Shown here: positions 53,434 through 63,249 of the stretch, in pieces
Layout: each line of letters begins with the position of its first letter
Position numbering within the stretch: position 1 is the stretch's first letter
NCBI GenBank assembly: GCA_013265495.1
Contig: MU058769.1
Coordinates: forward strand, 520,477 to 584,476
Direction: 5' to 3'
Source: Vicugna vicugna
Taxonomy: Eukaryota
DNA: 64,000 nucleotides
The notes under the pieces: generated by a model
What the model saw: only the letters and a program-made list of their open reading frames with translations
Databases searched by the model: none
Told to the model about the DNA's origin: nothing
Made by a program: the position numbers and the translations under genes

Positions 53434-54176
53434 GCCTCTCCAGCATCGACCAGACTCGTCTTGATTTCCACTTCTCTAATCAAACTGCTGGTGGCTTGGA
53501 GGTCCAGCAGGCCAGCCTCATGTTCTTTGTGCAGCTCCCTCCCAATACCACCTGGACTTTGAAGGTGAGGGTCCTTGAGCTAGGCCCACATGACACCAAC
53601 CTCACCTTGGCCACTCAGCACCTGCTGGAGGTAGATGACAGTGGTTGGCACCAGTTCCTCCTGGGGTCTGAGGCTCAGGCTGCCTGCAGCCAGGGGCACC
53701 TGATCCTGGAGCTGGTTCCTGAAGGACAGTTAGCCCAGAGCTCAGTCATCCTGGGCAGGGCTGCCCATAGGCCTTTTGTGACAGCCCGGGTAAGAGTTGG
53801 GGGCAAGCACCGGGTTCGCCGGCGAGGCATCGACTGCCAGGGGAGGTCCAGGATGTGCTGTCGACAAGAGTTCTTTGTGGACTTCCGTGAGATTGGCTGG
53901 CACGACTGGATCATCCAGCCTGAGGGCTACGCAATGAACTTCTGCACAGGACAGTGCCCGCTGCACATGGCAGGCATGCCTGGTATTGCTGCCTCTTTTC
54001 ACACAGCGGTGCTCAATCTCTTCAAGGCCAACTCAGCTGCAGGCACCACTGGAGGGGGCTCATGCTGCGTGCCCACAGCCCGGCGCCCCCTGTCTCTGCT
54101 CTACTATGACAAGTACAGCAACATTGTCAAGACTGACATACTTGACATGGTGGTAGAGGCCTGTGGGTGCAGTTAG
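53434..54176 (+). CDS. INHBC: Inhibin/activin beta-C, coding exon 2 (prodomain, furin site RVRRR, 116-aa mature cystine-knot domain from 53826)
   Basis: Acceptor cttcttgtgtccacag|GC restores the Gly codon. Mature domain GIDCQGRSRMCCRQEFFVDFREIGWHDWIIQPEGY...[15 protein letters not shown]...MVVEACGCS has 9 Cys. TAG at 54174-54176; spliced CDS is 1056 nt. Confidence 0.97.
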
Positions 54177-54799
54177 GCCACGTGTGGTCTGGGCAGTCCG
54201 AGGCAAGGTGAGCAAAACTGCCCTGACAGAGGTGCTCTTCCTTGAGAAGAGGGAGTGGCCCCATCACTGCCTCTGTCCAGAAGATGGACTCCTTCTTCCT
54301 GAGCATCGTATGGAAATTATCCCAACTATGACTTGAGAAGAACTTCATCTAAGAAGAGTCATTGTCATCTAAGGAGAGTCGCTGTACCACCTTCATAACC
54401 ACCAGCCTCTCTCCTAGGGCATAGTCCATCCAGCAAGCTCCACGTCCTCAACCACCACCCCAGGGACTCTGATCCACCTCCAGCCATGAGCAGTGCCATC
54501 TAGTTCCCAGGCAGAAGACACCGGTGACCCATCTTTAATCCAGCCCACAATCCACTACACCTCCATGCCCTTTCTACTCAATGTCCCTCTCTCCTGGATG
54601 AGCTTACCCAGCCCCTTCCCCTGATTTTCTGAATTTCCAGAGAGCCCCATCCTGAGATTTACCAAACATGACATCCTCTCTGTGTCTTAAGCCCTTTTCC
54701 TTCTAACTTGCCCAGTGGACTGCTAAGGCTCTCTTGGCACAGCCTCATCCACTCTTGTCTTTCTCTGCCCTGCTCTGTGCCCTTTGGGGCTGACTTACC

Positions 54800-55185
54800 T
54801 GAGTTCCATTGACCTTTGGCTTCCTGCCGAGTTTGACTAAGAGGAGACAGAAGCAGGAGATCAAAGGATAGGAGGAGACAGGTCAGGGTGTTTCTTATTC
54901 CTGCTCCCTCTGCCCAGGTGCCGTGGTTCTGTGTGACTTTGGCTGTGGCCATGTCCCTACAGTTCCTGTCTGACTGCCCACTAGGTCCTCATATCAGTGT
55001 TTTCATGTTATGGGCTTGTAATGACTTTCCACTCTTGCTAGTCCCTGGGTGTTTCAACGTCCCTGGTTGGTTCCCTTAGCCCTGCCCATACCTCTGTAAA
55101 GAAGTCCTCCATTAAATCTTCTTAGTGATGCAAACTCAGACAGCTGAGTGGGTCTTTTGTCTCCTGCCAGGACCCTGATTGACAC
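54800..55185 (+). mobile_element. Probable ancient ERVL LTR (LTR33-like) in the INHBC 3' region
   Basis: 3' end tctcctgccaggaccctgattgaca resembles ERVL LTR termini; the 5' boundary is unclear. Confidence 0.4.
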
Positions 55186-55358
55186 CCCAGATGACATGGA
55201 GCCTGCCTGCCCTGCCCACTTTCTCTCCTCACAGTCTCCTTAGGGCTGAGCTATTGTGTCCATCCCGTACATCATGACTCTTCCTTCTCCACGCTGCCTC
55301 CTCTTCTTTCTTAGGCCTCCTCCTCCCTCCCAGAACCATCTTTGCTGGTCTTACAGCT

Positions 55359-55364
55359 AATAAA
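55359..55364 (+). terminator. INHBC: Candidate INHBC polyadenylation signal (AATAAA); alternative ATTAAA at 55111-55116
   Basis: First AATAAA I found downstream of the INHBC stop. Usage is not verifiable from sequence. Confidence 0.45.
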
Positions 55365-56036
55365 GGCCTGAGTTTTACCTGCTTATCTCCTCCCTCTGTC
55401 CCCGCTCCAAGAGATGAGACAGATCACTGCTCAATCAGCAAGTAGGCTGGCAACCTGTGGGCACATACATGGTGGGAGGCAGAGGCACGGCTCAAAGCTG
55501 GCCACCTTCCCTTCAATGACCCGCAAGGCCCCATCCAGGAGTCCTGCCTGGAAGATGGAACTGGCCAAGGGCCACTTGAGCGAGACAGAGAGAAGAAAAG
55601 GTAGGCCTCGGGTGAGGAGAGGGTGGCATTTGCCCTAAGACTAGGTACTCTCTAGACCTTTGCCCTCCTCCCCCACTATCTCCTCCCTTTGGTTGGACAG
55701 CCCTGAACCATGCGGTCGATAATGTCTGCAGCCCAAGGCCGAGTTTGCGCAAAACCCATGTGTCCTTTGGGAAACGTGATGTCTGTGTTTGCTCAGCATA
55801 TAACCCCCTCCTATCTGGGTCTGAGGTCCCTGGAATAGGAACCCTAGAGGAGAAAGTCTGAAAGGGACCTACCCAGGGGACTGCAGATCTGAGCTGTGGG
55901 GCTTCCTGAGCAAACGCATGGAAGTTATCCCGCCTTTGACGTGAGGAAATCTTCATCTAAGGAAGTCTTCTGATGGCTCTCCTTCCCCCTACTCCACCCC
56001 TCTCCCACATCTAACCTCCCTCCCAGCTTCAGTCCC

Positions 56037-56262
56037 CAGGGCCAAGACTAAGGTGAGGTGAAGCGAAGCACTTGCTTTGGGGGCAAAATTTTAAGGGGAC
56101 GCCAAAAAATTCATCAATCAAGCTAAATATCTTAATACAGTATTTTTTTAAATCAAAATTAATGCAAAAAAACCCACGATGAACAAAGTAGCAAATTTTA
56201 AAATAAATTAAATTGAAAAGGAATCAGTATTACTCCTTTTCTTCTTTTGTGTCTTGGCTCTG
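56037..56262. mobile_element. hAT MITE remnant (MER96/MER91-like)
   Basis: cagggccaagactaaggtgagg...ggggcaaaattttaaggggacgccaaaaaa; an AT-rich island in GC-rich DNA. Confidence 0.55.
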
Positions 56263-58638
56263 CCTTTGATTAAAACGGGAAAGAGTGGGACTGTCTCCTA
56301 AACCTCTTCTTCCAGAGCCCCCGGCCCCTAATTCTAGACTTAGTCAGGCTTTTCCCTTTTGGGCAAGATAATCACTTAGGCTTCTTCTGCTTCCTTAACC
56401 CCCCCCAAGCTTATTGCTACCCCCAGCCCCCAACCAGGTTGGTGGTAGGGCGGGCCTGTGAGGCAGATGGCTGGGGTATTTATAACCCGGAGCACTTCTT
56501 GGGGAAAGTGACTAAGATGCTAAAAGCATATTTATAGCTGGGTTCTGACGTAAGTGTCAGTGGGAAGGTAGGGGCAGGCCAGGCACAGCAGCAAGAGGGT
56601 AGGAAGAGCTGGAAATTGGGGCCACCTGACAGAGAAGGGAGGGGAGAGGTGAGGTCAGTGACTCCTGCAGCCTCTTCTTGCTGCTTCCCTTGACTCAGGC
56701 TCACCAACAGGTAAGCCCTCTGAGATAACCACCATGGGTAGAAACCTCTGCTTTGCAGTTCTACAGTCCAGACCCTAGTGGGGAAGAGGGCTGTCACTCA
56801 CCTGCTTGACCAACAGAGAGGGAGCTGGGGAGGCACGGGGCAGAGGGGCTGGAACATGACTCAGGCAGGATGGAGAGGAAGTTCTAAAAGTCTCACTGTC
56901 CCCCTCCCCACCACAGATGCCTGAGTTTCTAGGAAGAGCCTGGCACCCATCACCATGCTCCGTTGCCACGTGTAAATGATGAGGTCCAAAACCAAAACTG
57001 AAGGTTGCAGCGATGTGGGCCCTGGCGACAGCCTCTGCTCTCAGGCAGTGGCGAGGGGAGAGAGCTGAGGGACCAGCTTATCCGTCTTCCCTTGTAGAGG
57101 CAGGGTCCCCAGAGCGAGAGGTCGGAAAGTGCTCCAAATCTCTCCACTCCCCAGAGCAGCCCCTTTCCTGGGAAGCTGGTCAGCGCTAAGCCCACCGCAG
57201 TCCAGTGGCACAGCACTGCCACATGGTGGACACTGGCGGTACTGAGGCCCAGCCCCCAAAGTGCCATCTCTTCCCCTGTGCCAGATTTGACAGCCCCACT
57301 GGCTAAATAGTGGGGAGATTAATAAATTGGAGGAGAGGCACGTTTCCAAATCACACTTACTTCCTCCCAGCTTCTTGAAGGAACTAGGGATTAGGAGGAA
57401 GGGTGGCATGAAGCCTACTCTCATGAGTTCAACGTGGAGGGCCCTCTGGCCCTTTCATTTAAAGTCAGTGAGGAGCGTGGTGAGGAGGGCTGGGACTGGG
57501 ACTAAGGTTGCAGTACTCACCATGCTTTGTTCCTAAAAGTCCTTAAACCTTCCATTTCCCACCGCCATTAGCAGAGGCTGGTGCCACTTGTAGGGTACCC
57601 CAAACCTAGGCAACTCTTAGAGCCCCCTGAGAGAGAACCAGCAGCTGGGTACAGGCCCTTCTGCCATCCTTGATGGACTCTGCCCTGCTGTAAGATTGCA
57701 TCACTGCCACCCCCACCTCTCTGGGTTTCCCCAGACATTACAGTGACATGCCACCCCCCCCCACATGCTCCAGCCCTCGTCCACGTTGTGCTCCAGTCCA
57801 ACTGGACTCTGGGCGGTCAGCACAGGCAAGGTCAGGGGGTGACTTCTATGCCTCGTGGCACTGCCACCTTGGCCTGGGCAGGAGGACTCCGTTCCTCCCA
57901 CTCCCCACCTCCCCCTACCAGCCTCTCACCTCTATTCCAGCCCCATTGCTAGAAATAAAAAGACCAGAGTTCTCCTTCCCGCCCAGAGAAGTAACCACTG
58001 GAACTCCCAGCTGCCTCGTGGAAACTGCTGCAGCAGTGGTGGCTGGGCAAGCTAGACAGACTGGAGGTATGGGGGGAAGCTGCCCTTCCCACCTTGCTCA
58101 TGTGGAGTTCCCTCCCCCGAGCCCCAGACCTTGGGGACGGAGCATGTGAAATCATCCTCCTTCTTGCATCATGCATGTCCACATAGCCCCCCCACCCCCT
58201 ACCCCTACCTCAAGCTCCGTGACCAGGGCCAGATGGTGAAACCTGAGCTCCAGGGGGGAACCTCCACCCCCTGCAGGGACCTGATGGGCAGCACAGCTGG
58301 CCAATCCTGGGGCTCAGAGGGTAGGTCGGGCTGCTGACCACTAGGTGAGGGAACCTTAGGCTGCTGGCTCTAGAGAGTCCCCAGTCAGTAACCAGACGTG
58401 AGCTGTGAGGGGCAAGCTGGCAGACGGCACTAAACAGTCACCCAACGGACCATCCGCTCTCTGCCTTCCTGAGTCCCAGACTACAGAAGACAGGTGACTG
58501 TACCCTTGGCCAGGGGTAGGTGTGGCACTGGTGTCCGCTGCTGCCGTGCCCACGTTGGCGTCCACGCAGTCAGACTCAGCAGAAGAAGCAACTGCCATCT
58601 GACGCTGTCGGCCTGACCCAGGGCCATTCACCAGGAGC

Positions 58639-58936
58639 ATGGGGCTCCCTGATGTCCAGCTCTGGCTGGTGCTGCTGTGGGCACTGGTGTGGGCACAGGG
58701 GGCAGAATCTGTGTGTCCCTCCTGTGGGGGTCCCACACTGGAGCCCCAAGCAGAACGAGCTCTGGTCCTCGAGCTAGCCAAGCAGCAAATCCTCGAGGGG
58801 CTGCAGCTGACCAGTCGTCCCAGAATAACTCATCCTCCACCCCAGGCAGCGCTGACCAGAGCCCTCCGGAGACTGCAGCAGGGAAGCGTGGCTCCAGAGA
58901 ATGGGGAGGAGGTCATCAGCTTTGCTACCATCACAG
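58639..58936 (+). CDS. INHBE: Inhibin/activin beta-E, coding exon 1
   Basis: ATG at 58639 (gagcATGG). Encodes the signal [25 protein letters not shown] and [16 protein letters not shown]...EVISFAT. Donor ACAG|GTGGGT after 58936; 298 nt, phase 1. Confidence 0.97.
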
Positions 58937-59176
58937 GTGGGTGAGGGAGAGACAGAGAGCAGGCAGGAAAAGGGAGGCAGAAGGGCAGAACGACAGCAGA
59001 AGCAGAGGGAGTCGGGTGTAAGAGGAAGAGGAATTGGGGGCAGGAACCAGTTGCAGAGTCCCTGTTTCTTCTAAATGTGGGTGCTAGGCAGAGCAGCGGG
59101 CAGGGCTTGTGGGAGTCTCAGAGGACAGCGTCATCTCCGCTCACCGTCCTCAGTCCCTTGTCCATCTTTCTGGCAG

Positions 59177-59934
59177 ACTCCTCCACCTCCACCTGCAGCT
59201 CCATGCTCACCTTCCACCTGCCCACTCCTCGGTCCTACCACCTGTACCACGCTCGCCTCTGGCTGCACGTGCTCCCCACCCTTCCTGGCACTCTTTCCTT
59301 GAGGATTTTCCGATGGGGCCCTCGAAGGAAACGCCGAGGATCCCGTGTCCTCCTGGCGGAGCACCAAATGACAACCCCAGGCTGGCATGCCCTGACTCTG
59401 CCCTCTAGTGGCTTGAGGGCTGAGGAGCCTGGTGTCCTGAAACTCCGGCTGGACTGCAGACCCCTAGAAGGCAACAGCACAGCTGCCCGACAACCTCGGT
59501 GGCTCCTGGACACAACGGGAGAGCAGCGGCCCTTCCTGGAGCTTAAGACCCGGCCCAATGAGCCTGGAGCAGGCCGGGCCAGGAGGAGGACCCCCACCTG
59601 TGAGCCTGAGACCCCCTTATGTTGCAGGCGAGACCATTATGTAGACTTCCAGGACCTGGGATGGCGGGACTGGATCCTGCAACCTGAGGGGTACCAGCTG
59701 AATTTCTGCAGTGGGCAGTGCCCCCCCCACCTGGCTGGCAGCCCAGGCATCGCTGCCTCCTTCCATTCTGCCGTCTTCAGCCTCCTTAAGGCCAATAACC
59801 CTTGGCCCTTGGGTACTTCTTGCTGTGTCCCCACTGCCCGAAGGCCTCTCTCTCTCCTCTACCTCGACCGTGATGGCAATGTGGTCAAGACAGATGTGCC
59901 AGATATGGTGGTAGAGGCCTGTGGCTGCAGCTAG
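59177..59934 (+). CDS. INHBE: Inhibin/activin beta-E, coding exon 2 (furin site RARRR, 114-aa mature domain from 59590)
   Basis: Acceptor tccatctttctggcag|AC after a 240-nt intron. Mature domain [35 protein letters not shown]...[16 protein letters not shown] at 59932-59934; spliced CDS is 1056 nt. Confidence 0.97.
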
Positions 59935-60520
59935 CAAGAGGACCTGGGCATTTGGAGTGAAGAGATCAGGCTAAGGGCTCCCAGGCAAAGGGCATCTGTG
60001 GCTGCAGCATCGGATCCCTGATCCATACCTCCACCCATGGGCCGCTTGGCAGTATGACTGGGTTAGCCCCTCTGGGACCCAAATGGGCACTTTCTTGTCC
60101 AGACTCTGGCCTATTCCAGGCTGGCTGATGTAGAGGGAGATGGGGGAAGTGTGTCCTCTAAAGGAGTCTACCCAGAAAGCATGATTTCCTACCCTAAGCC
60201 AGCTGAGAAGATGGCAGAGGGGAGGGAGGGAGGGTGGGAAGGAGAAGGCAGTGAAAAATCACTGAGTCTCTCCCAAGAAGAGAAAGCCCTCAAGTGAGGG
60301 AAGGAAGAAGCCGACGAGGGCTCCGAGGGCTTGGGATGGGAAAACCGATGGGCCAAGGGTAGGGACTGTTCAAGGGAGGCTCCAGAGGGAGCTGGGCAAG
60401 GGCTGACCGGAGGCGTTTAGGAGAGCCCCAGAGCGGGGAGCCCTGAGAGCGGTGCTGAGCTTGTGAAGCTCTCTGGTTTTTCTCGGGGTAGGATGGGGGA
60501 GCAAATGTTTTTACTTTCCT

Positions 60521-60526
60521 AATAAA
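60521..60526 (+). terminator. INHBE: Candidate INHBE polyadenylation signal AATAAA
   Basis: First AATAAA I found after the stop, about 590 nt downstream and preceded by a U-rich tract. Confidence 0.55.
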
Positions 60527-60587
60527 AATGAAGAAAAAAAATCAAGAAGTGTGAGTCATAAAGAAGGGCTGGGATGACGGTCCAGAG

Positions 60588-60930
60588 GAGCGGTTGTCAG
60601 AGTGTGGCCTGGGAACCCCTGGGGAGGTTCCTGAGACCTTTTCACATGGTCCAAACTATTTTTCTAATAATACTAAGACGTTATTTGCCTTTTTAATTTT
60701 CCACGTCTCAAAAGCCTACAGTGTTTTCCAGAGGCTGTAGGACATGTGATTACATCATCTTTCTGACATCTTTGTTAATGGGATGTGTGCTTATGTATTC
60801 TTGTGTTACAATTTTTTTTTCAGTTTTAATTTCTAATGTGGTAAATTGATATAAATCACATAAACAAAAGCTGAGTAATTTTTTAAAGAGATTCAAGGAG
60901 TCTTGAAACCAAATTGTTTGAGAATCGCTG
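60588..60930 (+). mobile_element. hAT-Charlie non-autonomous element downstream of INHBE
   Basis: Ends gagcggttgtca ... tgagaatcgctg; degenerate 8-bp TSD gtccagag / atctagag (hAT NTCTAGAN-type target). Confidence 0.8.
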
Positions 60931-61949
60931 ATCTAGAGGCCCAGAGTCCAGGGTGGGGAGGAGAACGCTGTGTGCTCTGAAAGAGCTCCCCTGGAAGGAG
61001 CATGTGTAGTGTCCCTTCTCCAGTCATCGCTGGTCTTGCTTGACCGTCTGGGTATAAGTGGTGTCTGGGTCAAAGTCACGTGGGGGAGGGACGCTCAAAT
61101 AGGGCTCCTTATCTTTCCTCCCACAGTTACTACATATATTTGTCAGGCTCAGACCTCTTTTTCGTTTCACCTTTCCCCTTGACCCTCAGACTGAACAGTT
61201 AACCCACTGACCTTCCAGACCCGAGGAGGTGGTGTTTGGATGTAGAGATAGGAAGTGGGAGGTGACAGAAAAGGAAGGGATTCCTTTCCCTCTATCATGC
61301 CTTCTCCCCTTTCTCATAAAGAAAGGCCAGAAAGACTAAAATAGCTGCCCCTTCCCCTGCATCTGGTCACCATGGCAACCCAAATCCAAAGAGACAGGGC
61401 ACTCCCCTATCAGACACTACCGCTCTACAGTGGCAGCCTCTGCCAGTGGGCTCCCCGGTTTCTTTGGGTTCATACAACCCATCCATGGACTCCCAACTGG
61501 GCTTTGGTGGGGGGACCTGTTAAGCCTACTTCTTCAGCTCCCCGAGTCTCCTGTTTCCAGACTCCGAGAAGGTGTCATGTGTCAGAAAGGCCAGCAGAGG
61601 GAGCAAACAGCCTTGAAGAGCAGAGAGTGGGCAGCGCAGAGGTGCAGAGGCGGCCTCAGTCTCCAGAATTTCGAGATGAAGGAGAGCCGGGGTTCTCAGG
61701 GAACAGTGCTTCAGTCCCAGGGTTCCTTAGTAACCTTGTGAACACATGCTCTGCACCCAGAGCCTCAGCCGCTGCTCCTCCCTTTTATGCTTCATAGACC
61801 CCACATCTTCCGCCCAGGGCCCCCAACCCAACTCTGCCCCAATCCTGTTTCCACCAAACCCCAAATCTGTCTCAGTCCCTTCATGTTCCATCCAAAGGGT
61901 GAGGCCAGCGAATAAACTACAAGATGGAGGACTGCTCAATTAGCACGAC

Positions 61950-62640
61950 GACCCTACTTTCAGTATTATCTTTCTCGAATGAATTTTTTCGTCGCCCGCT
62001 CCTCGCCCCTCAATATAATTCTCAATTTTTTTTTTTTCTGGCTCTGGTCAGGGCCTCTTCTTGGGTAGCCGATCCAGGGATCCAGGCCGGGATTTACTGC
62101 CCACCACCAGCAGCGTGTTCAGCCCCCCGGGGGGGGTGTTAGGCAGTATAGGGTCCCTCAAGGGAGGGGGAGGATCCTGGGGGTCCTGGGGGTGCAATAA
62201 GCCCGGCACCCCCTCTCTCGCTTCCAGCTACCCCGCCTCATCCTTCAGAACAGCAAGAGGGAGGGAAATAGGAGGGAGGTGAGGGGCGAGCGGGAAGAGC
62301 GGCGGCGTGCCAGCGGCTTCAACGAGAAAAAGTTTTTGCAAAAGGGAAAAAAAAGTTTGCGCTTCTCGCGGGTGGTCCCGGCTCGCGGCCCGGCGGGCTG
62401 GGCCGGCGGGAGGGCTGGGGGCCAGGTTGTGGGGGTTGGGGGTGGCACTGAGGCTGCGCTGCCACAGCCCTGTCCGCCCCCCCTCCCCACCGCACACCCC
62501 CCAGCCCAGACTCCTGCTCTGCACCGCGCATCCCGAGCCCTGCGCCCAGACGGAGGTGAGAAGGGGGGCAGGCGGGGGACCACCTGGGAGGGGTGGGGGA
62601 GGGGGCCTGAGGGGATGCTCTGCTTGCGAGGGACTCTGCC
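61950..62640 (+). promoter_or_regulatory. GLI1: GLI1 promoter / CpG island
   Basis: CpG-rich, TATA-less block with GC boxes downstream of INHBE. GLI-type site CGGGTGGTC (rc GACCACCCG) at 62369-62377. Position fits the known synteny. Confidence 0.8.
62505..62555 (+). other. GLI1: GLI1 non-coding exon 1 (5' end approximate)
   Basis: cccagactcc...ccgcgcatcccgagccc.gcgcccagac.gag matches the human GLI1 exon 1 as I recall it. Donor GAG|GTGAGA at 62555/62556. Confidence 0.75.
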
Positions 62641-62768
62641 CAGCCAAGAGGGAGACCTAGGGCACAGAGGCAAAGTAGGGGTGGGAGAGCCCGGGGTAAG
62701 ATAGTAGAAAGTTTCGAGAACTTTTTCAAATGTAGCTCCCTTTCTCTGTATCTTTTTTCTTCTTACAG

Positions 62769-62908
62769 TCTGTGTCTCTGTCTCAGGCAACCGTGGATGT
62801 CTTTGTCTCCGCCTCTTCCATATATTAGAAATATCTCACATTTATGAGGTTGGGATGAAGAGGCTGGAGGGACGGCTAGCTGGAGGTCTGCGTGATAGGG
62901 AACTCCAG
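62769..62908 (+). other. GLI1: GLI1 alternative 5'-UTR exon (exon 1A-like), 140 nt
   Basis: Strong acceptor tcttttttcttcttacag| and donor CCAG|GTGTGA. GLI1 is known to have alternatively spliced 5'-UTR exons here. Confidence 0.65.
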
Positions 62909-63249
62909 GTGTGACTCTGAGCGCGGGGCAGGAAGACGTCAGTGTTTCTGAAAGGAGGGAACAGCTAAGGAGAGAGCCCTAGATGGGGTGGGAGTGGGTG
63001 TGTGTGAGGCGACAAAGCCGCTGGGGGGCGGCTGGGCTTGAACCCCTGACCTGTCTTGTGACAGATGTGCTTGTTGGTGCGTGTGTTTTGAGGGGAAGGA
63101 ATTATTTTTTGGACTAGGTGGGGGCTGGAGAAGTGACTCTCTAGTTTAGGCCCTAGAAAGACTCCCCAAGGAATTTGGACTCCTGGGTCCTAAGGGCTGT
63201 GGGCAGGGTGCTAAGGAGGAGCTGAGGAGACCTTGTCTTGACCTTCTGA

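Noticed and set aside
57195..57239. Imperfect hairpin CCGC-A-GTCCA-GTGGCA...TGCCAC-ATGG-TGGAC-ACTG-GCGG as a possible pre-miRNA
   Set aside because: The stem is too short and bulged, and is plausible by chance in GC-rich DNA.
59077..59176. N-terminal extension of the 285-aa ORF
   Set aside because: Intronic in-frame sequence upstream of the INHBE exon-2 acceptor with a GTG start. Retaining the 240-nt intron hits TGA at 58942-58944.
62228..62790. Several 117-181 aa ORFs on both strands at the GLI1 promoter
   Set aside because: GC-rich artefacts with no zinc-finger or other domain; the GLI1 CDS lies beyond the window.
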